DNA of 33,612 nt, counting the filler, from an uncultured virus (IMG/VR IMGVR_UViG_2061766007_003009) (Duplodnaviria > Heunggongvirae > Uroviricota > Caudoviricetes). It is 3 parts of one record of this genome, joined end to end, with 100 filler letters (N's around TTAATTAATTAA, not from the genome) between each part and the next. Parts side by side here need not be neighbours in the genome. Positions count along the whole stretch, not along the records: positions 4,057 to 31,498 come from IMGVR_UViG_2061766007_003009; 2 more parts are not named here. One strand, written 5' to 3'. Within the stretch, counting starts at the first letter, position 1. Each line of letters starts with the position of its first letter. The notes under the pieces were generated by a model. It worked only from the letters and a program-made list of their open reading frames with translations. It did no database searches and had not been told where the DNA came from. Both the position numbers and the translations under genes were made by a program. This document shows positions 7,604 to 16,392 of the stretch, in pieces.

Positions 7604-8016
7604 TGAGTATACCTGTGGACATTAGGGTTGGTGTATATGCCGGAGTCGTGCTGGGTTTCTCCCGGAAGCTTCTGAGTAAGGTACTGAGGCCTTCCCGGAA
7701 GGCTATTGTTGGTGACCTGGTGAGGGAGTACGAGGCCTCGCTGTGCCTGGAGTACCGTGGGACTGGGCTCCGGTGCCACGTTGCCGGTCCGTGGAAGGTG
7801 GATTGGGGCACATTGGCGAGATTGTGCTACATAGCGTCGGAATGGACTAAGAAGATGCCGGAGGGATTCGGGCTGTCGTTGCCCGGATGCGACTGTTCGG
7901 ACAGGATGGGCATTGGCGAGCTGTTGCATTGTGCCAAGGTAGGGCCGGATGTCAAGCGCGAGGTGCAGGACGCATTATACGATTGCCTGGCGGAGATTGG
8001 TGGACTCGGGATATGA
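7603..8016 (+). CDS. shared-leader family protein
   Basis: MSIPVDIRVGVYAGVVLGFSRKLLSKVLRPS; TGATG overlap. Confidence 0.85.
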   Translation: MSIPVDIRVGVYAGVVLGFSRKLLSKVLRPSRKAIVGDLVREYEASLCLEYRGTGLRCHVAGPWKVDWGTLARLCYIASEWTKKMPEGFGLSLPGCDCSDRMGIGELLHCAKVGPDVKREVQDALYDCLAEIGGLGI

Positions 8017-8402
8017 GGGCGGTGTACTTGGCGATAGTGTTGGGTTTCCTCCGTCGGTTAATGCGGAGGGTACTGTTACCTTCAGGTGGTCACCGGGAGT
8101 ATGTCGAGGGGGATTTCCTGGTTGTCGTAGTGAGGAGGGAATACTTCTACCAGGAGGAGAGGTACTGGGTTCTCGGTTTCGGCGGCCGGTGGCAGGTCGG
8201 GAAGATGCGTCGGGAGCTGCGGGAGCTTGGCTTAGGGAAGCTGCCCTACGGCTGGGTGATTGCTGTGGTGGAGAAGACTGCGGAGAACCGGGATATGCTT
8301 CGGTCGATGAAGTACTGGTCGATGATATCGGACCGGAATGTCAGGGATGCTGTCGAGGAAGTAGACGCCTGGTGGGACGCGAACCGAGGGAGGTTCATGT
8401 GA
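8013..8402 (+). CDS. shared-leader family protein
   Basis: MRAVYLAIVLGFLRRLMRRVLLPSG; ATGA overlap. Confidence 0.85.
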   Translation: MRAVYLAIVLGFLRRLMRRVLLPSGGHREYVEGDFLVVVVRREYFYQEERYWVLGFGGRWQVGKMRRELRELGLGKLPYGWVIAVVEKTAENRDMLRSMKYWSMISDRNVRDAVEEVDAWWDANRGRFM

Positions 8403-8764
8403 GGGCTGTCTATCTGGTCATAATACTGGGTTTCCTCCGGAGGCTGCTGCGGAGGGTACTGGTTCCTTCCGGTAAGTACCTGCATAGGCACGGGGGATAC
8501 GTGCTGTGCATGACGGTGAAGGAGGATGGCGTGCTGCACAACTACGGGATAGTGTGTTTCGGCGGGAATGCCCGTGCGAAGGATATCCTTGCTGATGTAT
8601 GCAGTGAATTTCATGGGGTGCTTCCCGGATACTGCATGCTGGATATAGTCGGCGGGAGGCTCGCGGACATGCGGACTTGGCGGGAGATAGGGGACGATTT
8701 CGCTAGGTATGCCGCATGCGAGATATCCAAGTGGTGGACAAGGAACGGGAGGAAGTACCTGTGA
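8399..8764 (+). CDS. shared-leader family protein
   Basis: GTG start, (M)RAVYLVIILGFLRRLLRRVLVPSG; GTGA overlap. Confidence 0.85.
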   Translation: MRAVYLVIILGFLRRLLRRVLVPSGKYLHRHGGYVLCMTVKEDGVLHNYGIVCFGGNARAKDILADVCSEFHGVLPGYCMLDIVGGRLADMRTWREIGDDFARYAACEISKWWTRNGRKYL

Positions 8765-9129
8765 GGGCCGTGTATGTACTGATTGTGCTAGGTTTCCTCC
8801 GGAGGCTGCTGCGGAGGGTACTGGTACCTGCCGGAAACATCCGGGTGGTGTGCCTGGAGATAGCTGGACGGGGTTACGGGTTGCGAGTGGCGGGTCCGTG
8901 GCGGGTGCCTGCCGGGAAGATGTGGGAGGCCGAGAGCATAGTTCGGGCATGGGCGGAGGAGCTCCCGGAGGGGTTCCGGTTCTGGCTCCGGGAGGTTCGT
9001 GACGGAGCGGGGCTCGGGAGGCTTGATGGGTTCATGGCTGATGTAGGCCTTGGGGCCAGGGAGCGGACCATGGTACGTGGCTCGGTTGCGAGCTGCGTAG
9101 GTAGCATGAAGAGTCTGACGGGCAGATAA
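8761..9129 (+). CDS. shared-leader family protein
   Basis: GTG start, (M)RAVYVLIVLGFLRRLLRRVLVPAG; GTGA overlap. Confidence 0.85.
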   Translation: MRAVYVLIVLGFLRRLLRRVLVPAGNIRVVCLEIAGRGYGLRVAGPWRVPAGKMWEAESIVRAWAEELPEGFRFWLREVRDGAGLGRLDGFMADVGLGARERTMVRGSVASCVGSMKSLTGR

Positions 9130-9168
9130 CCTGTCCGATATTGCCTCAAGGAGGAATAATCCCGGTAT

Positions 9169-9570
9169 CTACCGGTGCATCCACCGGTTCAGAACCTTGT
9201 TCGCCTCGGTGGGGTCGGTAGTTTCCCGACTCTGCCCGTGGGTGGCAGCGAAGTTCGGCACGTCGGGCCAGTGGTCTGGGTTCCCGGTGAAGTCGAATAC
9301 GGACTTGAACTTATAGTATGCGCTGTGCCCCTGCCAGTCGTCCAGGCACTCTATCTCAATCTGACACCGGACATGCTGCTTCAGGAGGAAGCGGAATTTT
9401 ACAGCCTGCTCTTTGGTTCGGAACGAGCCTACGATTGCGGACTCGTTCGCGAACGGGTATATTGCCAGATATCTCCGGTCGTTCTGCCGGCTGTCCGGGT
9501 TGAGTTTACTGGCGGTCTTCCTTGCGAAGTGCAGGAACATGGCGAGGTATGCTGCATTTTTCAGTTTCAT
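9169..9570 (-). CDS. shared-leader family protein
   Basis: MKLKNAAYLAMFLHFARKTASKLNP; ATGA overlap with 9567-9890. Confidence 0.8.
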   Translation of the reverse strand: MKLKNAAYLAMFLHFARKTASKLNPDSRQNDRRYLAIYPFANESAIVGSFRTKEQAVKFRFLLKQHVRCQIEIECLDDWQGHSAYYKFKSVFDFTGNPDHWPDVPNFAATHGQSRETTDPTEANKVLNRWMHR

Positions 9571-9890
9571 TCGTCGTACCTGAAGTCGTCGTGGGTTTCT
9601 ATCAGCACCAGGTGTCGTTCGTATTGCTGCTGAATCCTTTCCTCGATATCTTTCATGGCAAATTCCGTGCGTTCCTCTGCGCCTATAAGGTACGTACCTG
9701 TATGACTGACGTTGACGACGAACACGGAGTTGTACCCGTGGGCTTTCTCGAGGAGTTCCGCGGTATCTACAGTGGAGTTCCGGTAGACTTCCGCGCAGAT
9801 ACCGGAATGCTGCAGCCGCTCGAGCCACTGGAAGAAGTGGGTACGGGTCTTGCGCTCGAAGTTCGGCACTATCATATCGTATTCGTGCAT
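9567..9890 (-). CDS. hypothetical protein (107 aa)
   Basis: Translationally coupled to both neighbours. Confidence 0.75.
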   Translation of the reverse strand: MHEYDMIVPNFERKTRTHFFQWLERLQHSGICAEVYRNSTVDTAELLEKAHGYNSVFVVNVSHTGTYLIGAEERTEFAMKDIEERIQQQYERHLVLIETHDDFRYDE

Positions 9891-11104
9891 CAGTACTTCG
9901 CCGCCTCCATCGGGTTGAGGAAGCCGTGTATGCCGGAGGCGCAGTCTAGTTGGCTCATGTCGAACGGCTGCTTAGGCTTTGCCACCTTTCCTATCTTGTA
10001 ACAGAAACTGCTGTCGTACTTGGACCTGAGTCTTGCCAGCAGGGGGACTTTTGACTCCTCAATCGCTATTGCCCGGCCTTCCTTGTCGGTTACAATCATG
10101 TACATTTTCTGTGGAATTGCTGCAGAAACACGGATTTTGTGGGAGAACTCGTCGTATCTGGCTTGGGCATATGTCGGTACCTTCAGTTCGAGGATGACAT
10201 CGACAACATCGTCATTGCTGCATATGCCGAAACGGTCAAGTACCACCTTCTTGTATATTGTCGGCGAGCACATGTGGAAGCCGGCCGAGTTGTATGCCGC
10301 GGTGAGCGTTGGACATGACGGGTGCATTAAATGAGATTCGCACGCGGAGGTCTTTGCTGTGATTAGGTCTACCTTGGACATCTGGTCGACACTCAGGATG
10401 TACATCGTTGCCCGGTGGAACATTAGCGTGCTAATGTTCGTGTCCGATATCGACATCCGCTGCAGTGCAGAACGGGATACCGAGAATATGCCACGGATGC
10501 CAGATGCATCTATGTCTACGCTGGCCGTGTTCATCAGGTAGTCCATCTCGAGTACTGGTGTTTGCCGGTCTGGTAAGCCTAGAAAGCTGGACTTCTTCAA
10601 CGATACTGACGTAGAAATGTTCTCCAGGGATAGGTATTTTACTGACAGGTCGACTGCGGTGAATGACATAAGATTAAGGACGTGCATGTGGTTCAGACAG
10701 CAACCAATAATTTCAATTTCTTTCCCCCCGGCTACGAGAAGATTATTCCCGGTGCAGCAACGGAATAACAGTGTGTTATGATGCTCTGAATGTACCATTA
10801 TACGTGCCCACTGGCTGTCGACTGATAAGAATTCACAGTCAGTAAAAAACGCCCTGGTGTTGACTACGATGGAACCGAGGCACATGCGCTCCGGGATGAA
10901 CTTGCACTTGACGAATTCCACGTTACCCTGCTGCGGAAGAACAAGGTCGTATTCGTCTAAGAAGAACGTATACCCTTCCACCCGGAGGTCCCCGGATAGA
11001 CCCTTGGTGGCGTATTCTTCCAGGCTGAAGCCCTTGCCCACGATGATGTCGAGCACCTTCGGCTCCTTTACCTTCTTAATTGCTTGACGTTTTTTCTTTT
11101 TCAT
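9890..11104 (-). CDS. beta-solenoid-like N-terminus plus DUF5758-like C-terminal domain protein
   Basis: C-terminal IYKK...ILELKVP...SKYDSSFCYKIGK...FD...CASGIHGF...EAAKY matches the DUF5758 pattern; N-terminal periodic F/C/I-rich repeats. Confidence 0.7.
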   Translation of the reverse strand: MKKKKRQAIKKVKEPKVLDIIVGKGFSLEEYATKGLSGDLRVEGYTFFLDEYDLVLPQQGNVEFVKCKFIPERMCLGSIVVNTRAFFTDCEFLSVDSQWARIMVHSEHHNTLLFRCCTGNNLLVAGGKEIEIIGCCLNHMHVLNLMSFTAVDLSVKYLSLENISTSVSLKKSSFLGLPDRQTPVLEMDYLMNTASVDIDASGIRGIFSVSRSALQRMSISDTNISTLMFHRATMYILSVDQMSKVDLITAKTSACESHLMHPSCPTLTAAYNSAGFHMCSPTIYKKVVLDRFGICSNDDVVDVILELKVPTYAQARYDEFSHKIRVSAAIPQKMYMIVTDKEGRAIAIEESKVPLLARLRSKYDSSFCYKIGKVAKPKQPFDMSQLDCASGIHGFLNPMEAAKY

Positions 11105-11109
11105 GCCTA

Positions 11110-11147
11110 CAAATATAGCAAAAAATCACGATAAATTGCTATATTTG
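11110..11147. promoter_or_regulatory. back-to-back promoter pair
   Basis: CAAATATAGCAA at 11110-11121 and TTGCTATATTTG at 11136-11147; each 5 nt from an ATG. Confidence 0.85.
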
Positions 11148-11152
11148 GTGCA

Positions 11153-11572
11153 ATGAAGATTGCTGTGTACCTGTCCATAATCTTGTATTTTCTACGGCGG
11201 TTATTCCGTAGAGTTCTTGCTCCTGCAAGGAAGCTCCGGCGGAAGCCAGGCAGCAAGTACCCGTGCCACATCAACCTGTTCCAGATAGACAGCATGGGGA
11301 GGCTGGGGAGGTTCTACCATGTCGGGCCGTTACTGATGCTAAACGAGCGTACCCGGAGTGCCGCCGAGGACTACCTGGACAAGACCTACGGGAAGGTGTT
11401 TTCCGAATTGGGAGACTGGATTGTCGGAATAGGTACGGACGACAATGACGACGGGAGCTTCCAGGACCTTATCGAACAGGTACCGGAAGAGGACCGTGTA
11501 CTGTTCAGGCGGGAGTGCTGGAAAATGGTATATGTAGTAAAGAAAGCTATATCGGGGTTTGAGAATGCGTAG
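11153..11572 (+). CDS. shared-leader family protein
   Basis: MKIAVYLSIILYFLRRLFRRVLAPA. Confidence 0.85.
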   Translation: MKIAVYLSIILYFLRRLFRRVLAPARKLRRKPGSKYPCHINLFQIDSMGRLGRFYHVGPLLMLNERTRSAAEDYLDKTYGKVFSELGDWIVGIGTDDNDDGSFQDLIEQVPEEDRVLFRRECWKMVYVVKKAISGFENA

Positions 11573-11969
11573 GGCTGTGTATTGTGCGATGGTCATTTCG
11601 TTCCTCCGCAGGATTTTCCGGAAGACCCTGGCACCTGCCGGTGGAGACCGGGTGAAGTCCAGGCATGGCGACACTCCGCGGGAATGCGCGATGTTCCTGT
11701 ACAAGGTGAGCACGATTAACTACCGTATAGGAGGCGAGTTCATGGTCGGCGGAAGGACATCCTGGGATGTCAACGACATGCTGTGCGCCAGGTACGAGCA
11801 TAGGGCAAGGGCGTTAGGCTACCACATAGGTTTCTACTCTACCAGGAAGGATGACGTGGTGAGCGGCTATCCCAACGATATTACCTCCCCCAAGATGATG
11901 AATTTCCTGAACGAAGCATATGATTATGTGCTGAAGATATTGCCAAAGGACTGCAAGAGGAAATTTTGA
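11565..11969 (+). CDS. shared-leader family protein
   Basis: MRRAVYCAMVISFLRRIFRKTLAPAG. Confidence 0.85.
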   Translation: MRRAVYCAMVISFLRRIFRKTLAPAGGDRVKSRHGDTPRECAMFLYKVSTINYRIGGEFMVGGRTSWDVNDMLCARYEHRARALGYHIGFYSTRKDDVVSGYPNDITSPKMMNFLNEAYDYVLKILPKDCKRKF

Positions 11970-11971
11970 TA

Positions 11972-12340
11972 ATGAAGAACGCCATATACTTTGCCATATT
12001 CCTCTATTTCCTGCGGAAAGTGTTTCGCCGGCTTATCCCGGTAGACTCCAGTGCTCCCTGGATGGTTCTCTGGCTATTGAGGTATGATGACAACAATGGA
12101 CCCAGGGACCGGTACGTGAGGGTATACGAGGGGCATTCCATGCTGGCGGCATGCTGGGCCCGTGATACCATGATAAGGCAGGAGTGGGCGAAGGACTGCA
12201 TACTGCTGTGCAGGAAGGGACAGGAGCGGGACATACGGCAGCTCGATATCGAGGCTGACTTCAGCGAGATATACGACCTCATGGACGATACCTGCGCGGA
12301 AGAGCTTGCCGACATCCACAGGAGGGCCATGGAACTATGA
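11972..12340 (+). CDS. shared-leader family protein
   Basis: MKNAIYFAIFLYFLRKVFRRLIP. Confidence 0.85.
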   Translation: MKNAIYFAIFLYFLRKVFRRLIPVDSSAPWMVLWLLRYDDNNGPRDRYVRVYEGHSMLAACWARDTMIRQEWAKDCILLCRKGQERDIRQLDIEADFSEIYDLMDDTCAEELADIHRRAMEL

Positions 12341-12771
12341 GGAAGGCTATATACCTGTCTATATTCCTGTGGTTCGTCCGCAGGTTGCTGAGGAAGACCA
12401 AGCCCGCATCGAGAGAGGTAGTTTCCGGTTCTCCCGGTAATCCCCTTCCTCCTTCCGGAAAGTACGCGATGTTCCTAGTGGACCACTGCGAGGAACCTTA
12501 CTACTTCATGTACGGGAGCAAGTTCGAGGTACCCGATGATGCTGATTCAAGACTGAAACTTGATACCCTCCAGAGGCTAATCAAGTTCCACTACAGTGCT
12601 GCCCAGACACAGGTTGCCTTCAACGTAGAGATACTGCCGTCGGAAGGCCCGGAGGACTTCGTTGGAATGTATCCGGCCTGGAATGCACACTACGAGCAGT
12701 ACGACAAGATAATGAGTGCAGCATACGGGCACGTACTGGACATAATTCCATCGGGTTGGTTCCTTGACTAG
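12337..12771 (+). CDS. shared-leader family protein
   Basis: MRKAIYLSIFLWFVRRLLRKTKPA. Confidence 0.85.
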   Translation: MRKAIYLSIFLWFVRRLLRKTKPASREVVSGSPGNPLPPSGKYAMFLVDHCEEPYYFMYGSKFEVPDDADSRLKLDTLQRLIKFHYSAAQTQVAFNVEILPSEGPEDFVGMYPAWNAHYEQYDKIMSAAYGHVLDIIPSGWFLD

Positions 12772-13189
12772 GGCGGTGTACATGGCGATATTCATAGGTT
12801 TCCTCCGGAGGCTGCTCAGGAAGATGCTGGAACCTGCCGGTAGTTCCAAGGTGGACCCGTTCAGTCCGGGAGGGAAGACCTACAGAATGTACATGGTCGA
12901 TATCGACCTGCACGAGGTCTACTTCAGGTACGGGTTGGAAGTTGCCGTCCCGGCGGACGCCGAGTCGGTACGACGCTTTGTTGAAATAAGGAAATGGCTC
13001 GAGCAGAAGTACACCGACGCGGAAACCGGGATGCCGTTCTGTATTCTGCTTCTTAGTTCTTTCGTTTCGGATACGAGGTGGACAAGCTATCCCAGGTACA
13101 TGGACTACCGGAGTGTACTTGAACATGCCTGGGCCGACCTAACGACGGTAATACCGGGAGAGTGGTTGAGGTACCCGAATGGCAGGTAG
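12764..13189 (+). CDS. shared-leader family protein
   Basis: TTG start, (M)TRAVYMAIFIGFLRRLLRKMLEPAG. Confidence 0.8.
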   Translation: MTRAVYMAIFIGFLRRLLRKMLEPAGSSKVDPFSPGGKTYRMYMVDIDLHEVYFRYGLEVAVPADAESVRRFVEIRKWLEQKYTDAETGMPFCILLLSSFVSDTRWTSYPRYMDYRSVLEHAWADLTTVIPGEWLRYPNGR

Positions 13190-13583
13190 GGCATTTTACA
13201 TCGCGATTGTACTGGGTTTTCTCCGGAGGCTGCTCCGGAAGATGCTGGTACCTGCCGGTAAGAAACCGGGAGGTACCGGGGAGATGAAGGAGTCCGCTCT
13301 GTTCCTGGTGGACGGCATGGACTACTACGTGTTTCAGGGAACAGCCCACATGATGGACGACGAGACTGCGGACTGGCTATGCAGCGAATTGCAGGATGAA
13401 TGGCAGAATTATTGCAAAATGGTGATGCCCGGCCTGTCCATACATGTGTTGCATACCGGTCCGGTGGACGTTCCGTTAATTACACTGGCAGCCAAGCTCG
13501 ATTCTGCGGCAAGGGAAAGGCTGCATTGCCTGGTGAACGGTGCACGGAACACATACAACGACAAGTGGCGGCGTGGGAAATGA
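13179..13583 (+). CDS. shared-leader family protein
   Basis: MAGRAFYIAIVLGFLRRLLRKMLVPAG. Confidence 0.85.
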   Translation: MAGRAFYIAIVLGFLRRLLRKMLVPAGKKPGGTGEMKESALFLVDGMDYYVFQGTAHMMDDETADWLCSELQDEWQNYCKMVMPGLSIHVLHTGPVDVPLITLAAKLDSAARERLHCLVNGARNTYNDKWRRGK

Positions 13584-13900
13584 AATCTGCGGTGTACATA
13601 GCGATATTCCTGCACTTTGCCAGGAAGACCGTTAGGAAGATTTCCGAGAGCAAGGAGGAATGGGCGAGACGCCTAGTTGCCCGTATGGACGAAAACCGTG
13701 TAAAGATATACCGGGATATGTATGCCGACTCGTCCAAGTGCCTTGTAGGATACAAGGGATACTCGGACATGCCGTACAAGGTTACCTTCGCGCTGCGGCA
13801 CCTCTATACCGACGACGACAGGAAGAAACGCGATTCGATAAAAGATTCATACGAAATCGTCACGGACATTCTCAAAAACCACTACCCGAGCAACTGGTGA
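13580..13900 (+). CDS. shared-leader family protein
   Basis: MKSAVYIAIFLHFARKTVRKISE; ATGA overlap. Confidence 0.85.
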   Translation: MKSAVYIAIFLHFARKTVRKISESKEEWARRLVARMDENRVKIYRDMYADSSKCLVGYKGYSDMPYKVTFALRHLYTDDDRKKRDSIKDSYEIVTDILKNHYPSNW

Positions 13901-13904
13901 AACA

Positions 13905-14138
13905 ATGAAGAATGCTATCTACATACTGATATTCCTCCGGTTTATCCGGAGGACGCTCCGGCGGATAATACCGGCAGGCGGCCAGCGGTACATGTGCCTG
14001 GTCGAGCTGACTTCGGGAGACTCCTACTGCTTCGCCTCGTACGGCAGCATACTGAAGTCCCGGGAGGCGACCATGATGCTCCGGGATGCGATACGGAACG
14101 AAGGACTGTCGGACTTCGTCCTGGGAAGTCAACTGTAA
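13905..14138 (+). CDS. shared-leader family protein (short, 77 aa)
   Basis: MKNAIYILIFLRFIRRTLRRIIPAG. Confidence 0.8.
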   Translation: MKNAIYILIFLRFIRRTLRRIIPAGGQRYMCLVELTSGDSYCFASYGSILKSREATMMLRDAIRNEGLSDFVLGSQL

Positions 14139-14481
14139 ACAAAATTTTTCATAATTTCTAACCTTTTCTACNNNNNNNNNNGTGTTTCCGATGGCGTTCT
14201 ACACTTTGGCCCATTTCGGTCGACCGTTGTATCTGCATATAATATATCGATTCGACTATATGGGTTAACGGTATGACTTTCTTGTTGAATATTGAAATCT
14301 TGTCCGATTTGAGCAAATTCGAATTGTTCACCCTGACGGCTTCGTTGTAGGCGATGCCGCCGCGGTAATCGGTCGATATCAGGTCTACNNNNNNNNNNGG
14401 ACATTGACCCTCTTCCGACCTTGGAAGAGTTTCAGAAGTATCTCGACAACGCAGCCGAATACATGGGTATCGAGGTGGAAG

Positions 14482-15135
14482 ATGGGGAAGAAAGTAAGAA
14501 CTAAGGCTGCCTGCGACATTCTCGGCTGCTGCCCGAACACTCTCCGCAGATGGACGGAAGAGGGCAAGTTCAAGGTCTACCGCTCCGGCAAGAGCGGGAA
14601 CAGACGCTGGGACGAGGACGACCTTCGCCGCTACCTGGGCGAGAAGGTGGATGAACCGGAGGTTGAAACCAAGGCCGGAACCCGTGTGGTCATCTACTGC
14701 CGAGTATCGACCTCTGACCAAAAGTCCCATGGTGATTTGGATAGGCAGAAGCTACGCTTGATGGAATACTGTGTCAACAAGAAGTATTCCGTGGTGGAAA
14801 TCTTCGAGGAAGTGGGTTCGGGGTTGAACGACAACCGCAAGAAGCTGCTCCGAATGATGCGTCTTGCTGCCGAGCACAAGTTTGACAAGGTGGTTATCGA
14901 GCACTACGACCGACTGACGAGGTTCAACTACAATCTCCTGGTCGAATACTTCCGGTCCCACGGGGTCGATGTGGAATATACCGAGTCGGCGTTGAGCGAG
15001 TCGTTCGAGGCCGACCTGGTAAAGGACATGCTGTCGCTCCTTGCCGTCTTCTCGGCGAAACTCTACAGCAGACGCGGCAAGGAGAACCGCAAGAAACGAA
15101 AAGAAGCAAACCAAATCATCACTAAGGAAACCTAA
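14482..15135 (+). CDS. tnpA: IS607-family transposase (MerR-like HTH plus serine recombinase)
   Basis: AACDILGCCPNTLRRW HTH; IYCRVST catalytic Ser; DLDRQ; EVGSGLNDNRKKL; EHYDRLTRF; FSAKLYSRR. Confidence 0.92.
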   Translation: MGKKVRTKAACDILGCCPNTLRRWTEEGKFKVYRSGKSGNRRWDEDDLRRYLGEKVDEPEVETKAGTRVVIYCRVSTSDQKSHGDLDRQKLRLMEYCVNKKYSVVEIFEEVGSGLNDNRKKLLRMMRLAAEHKFDKVVIEHYDRLTRFNYNLLVEYFRSHGVDVEYTESALSESFEADLVKDMLSLLAVFSAKLYSRRGKENRKKRKEANQIITKET

Positions 15136-15137
15136 GT

Positions 15138-16382
15138 ATGACTGGCACTATATATACACAAGAGTATTGTTATGAATTAGCTCTTAAATGTGCTAGTCGT
15201 AATGAGTATAGAACCAAATATCCATATCCATACAAACTTTCGCTGCGAAACAAATGGATTAACCAGTACAAATGGTTTAAGACTCCGTTGCATAAGGGGA
15301 AAACTAAATATACCAAGAAGGAATGTTTTAAGCTCGCAAAGAAATGTATATCATGCGGAGATATGCGCAAACGCTATGCACATGCGTATAAAATTGCTAA
15401 ACAACAGGGTTATTTATCAGAATATACTTGGTGGCTAACAACGCATGAAGCATTAAGTTTGTCAAAACAGAAGCTAAGTGATGACGAAGTTATTAAGTGT
15501 TCAAAACAATTCACCTTATTGAGAGATTTTAGAACGAAACTCAATAATGTATATCAAATGGCGTTAGTAAGAGGACTACTGCCTTGCATGACTTGGCTGC
15601 ATAGAAATGATGAGGCTGCTGAGCGTAAATTTACCGATTTGGTTTATGCGTATGAGTTCAGTGATTATAATGTAGTGTATGTTGGGCGAACGATAAATCC
15701 AATAAAAAGACACCGTGAGCATTGTGCACCAAATGATTCTGTTGCAAAATTCGCTGCGTTACATGATATTTTAGTTCCACAGCCTGTTATCCTGACCGAT
15801 GGGTTATCACCCAATGATGGTGGGGTAGCCGAGTGCAAGTTCATGGAATTATACAAAATTGCTGGGTGGACCTTACTAAATAAATGTAAAGGAGGGTCGC
15901 TTGGTGCGTTAATGTGTGATAAGCTATCTAAGTCATATTGCATGCGAGTTGCTAAACGATTTACAAGATTATCAGATTTCGAACAGCAAGAACAGTCGGT
16001 ATGTGCGAAGATGCGCCGAATGAAATGGCTTGATGAATGTACTTGGCTCATTAAAGAAAACAATAACGGATATTGGTCCAAGATGACATTGGATGAAATG
16101 AGAACGCTGAGTGCAACATGTTCTATGCGTAAAGAATTTCAGCAGAAATATCCAGTTGCATATTTATGGGCATGCCGTCGTAATTGGATTTCCATATTAT
16201 TTCCAGATAACCACAATTTTCAGAAGGTCGCCCATTATGACAAAGATGGCAATTTAATCAAAATATACTCATCTATGCTGGATGCCACGGCTGATACTGG
16301 AATCAAAAGATTGGCTATTAACCGTTCATGCCATGGAATGACAGCTAGTTGTAAGGATGGGACATCCTTTAAGTATATGTAA
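15138..16382 (+). CDS. GIY-YIG endonuclease with five helical repeats and a C-terminal NUMOD1-like domain
   Basis: VYAYEFSDYNVVYVGRTINPIKRHREH and TLLNK; repeats of the type TxxxCxxxAKxxxxxxEFxxKYPxAY...W; KVAHYDKDGNLIKIYSS; visibly AT-rich. Confidence 0.8.
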   Translation: MTGTIYTQEYCYELALKCASRNEYRTKYPYPYKLSLRNKWINQYKWFKTPLHKGKTKYTKKECFKLAKKCISCGDMRKRYAHAYKIAKQQGYLSEYTWWLTTHEALSLSKQKLSDDEVIKCSKQFTLLRDFRTKLNNVYQMALVRGLLPCMTWLHRNDEAAERKFTDLVYAYEFSDYNVVYVGRTINPIKRHREHCAPNDSVAKFAALHDILVPQPVILTDGLSPNDGGVAECKFMELYKIAGWTLLNKCKGGSLGALMCDKLSKSYCMRVAKRFTRLSDFEQQEQSVCAKMRRMKWLDECTWLIKENNNGYWSKMTLDEMRTLSATCSMRKEFQQKYPVAYLWACRRNWISILFPDNHNFQKVAHYDKDGNLIKIYSSMLDATADTGIKRLAINRSCHGMTASCKDGTSFKYM

Positions 16383-16392
16383 GGAATAGGCT

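Noticed and set aside
7184..14138. Leader repeats as a CRISPR array, integron attC sites or DGR variable regions
   Set aside because: Repeats are in-frame coding, spaced a gene length apart and vary synonymously. There is no attC structure, integron integrase, cas gene, reverse transcriptase or adenine-specific variation in the window.
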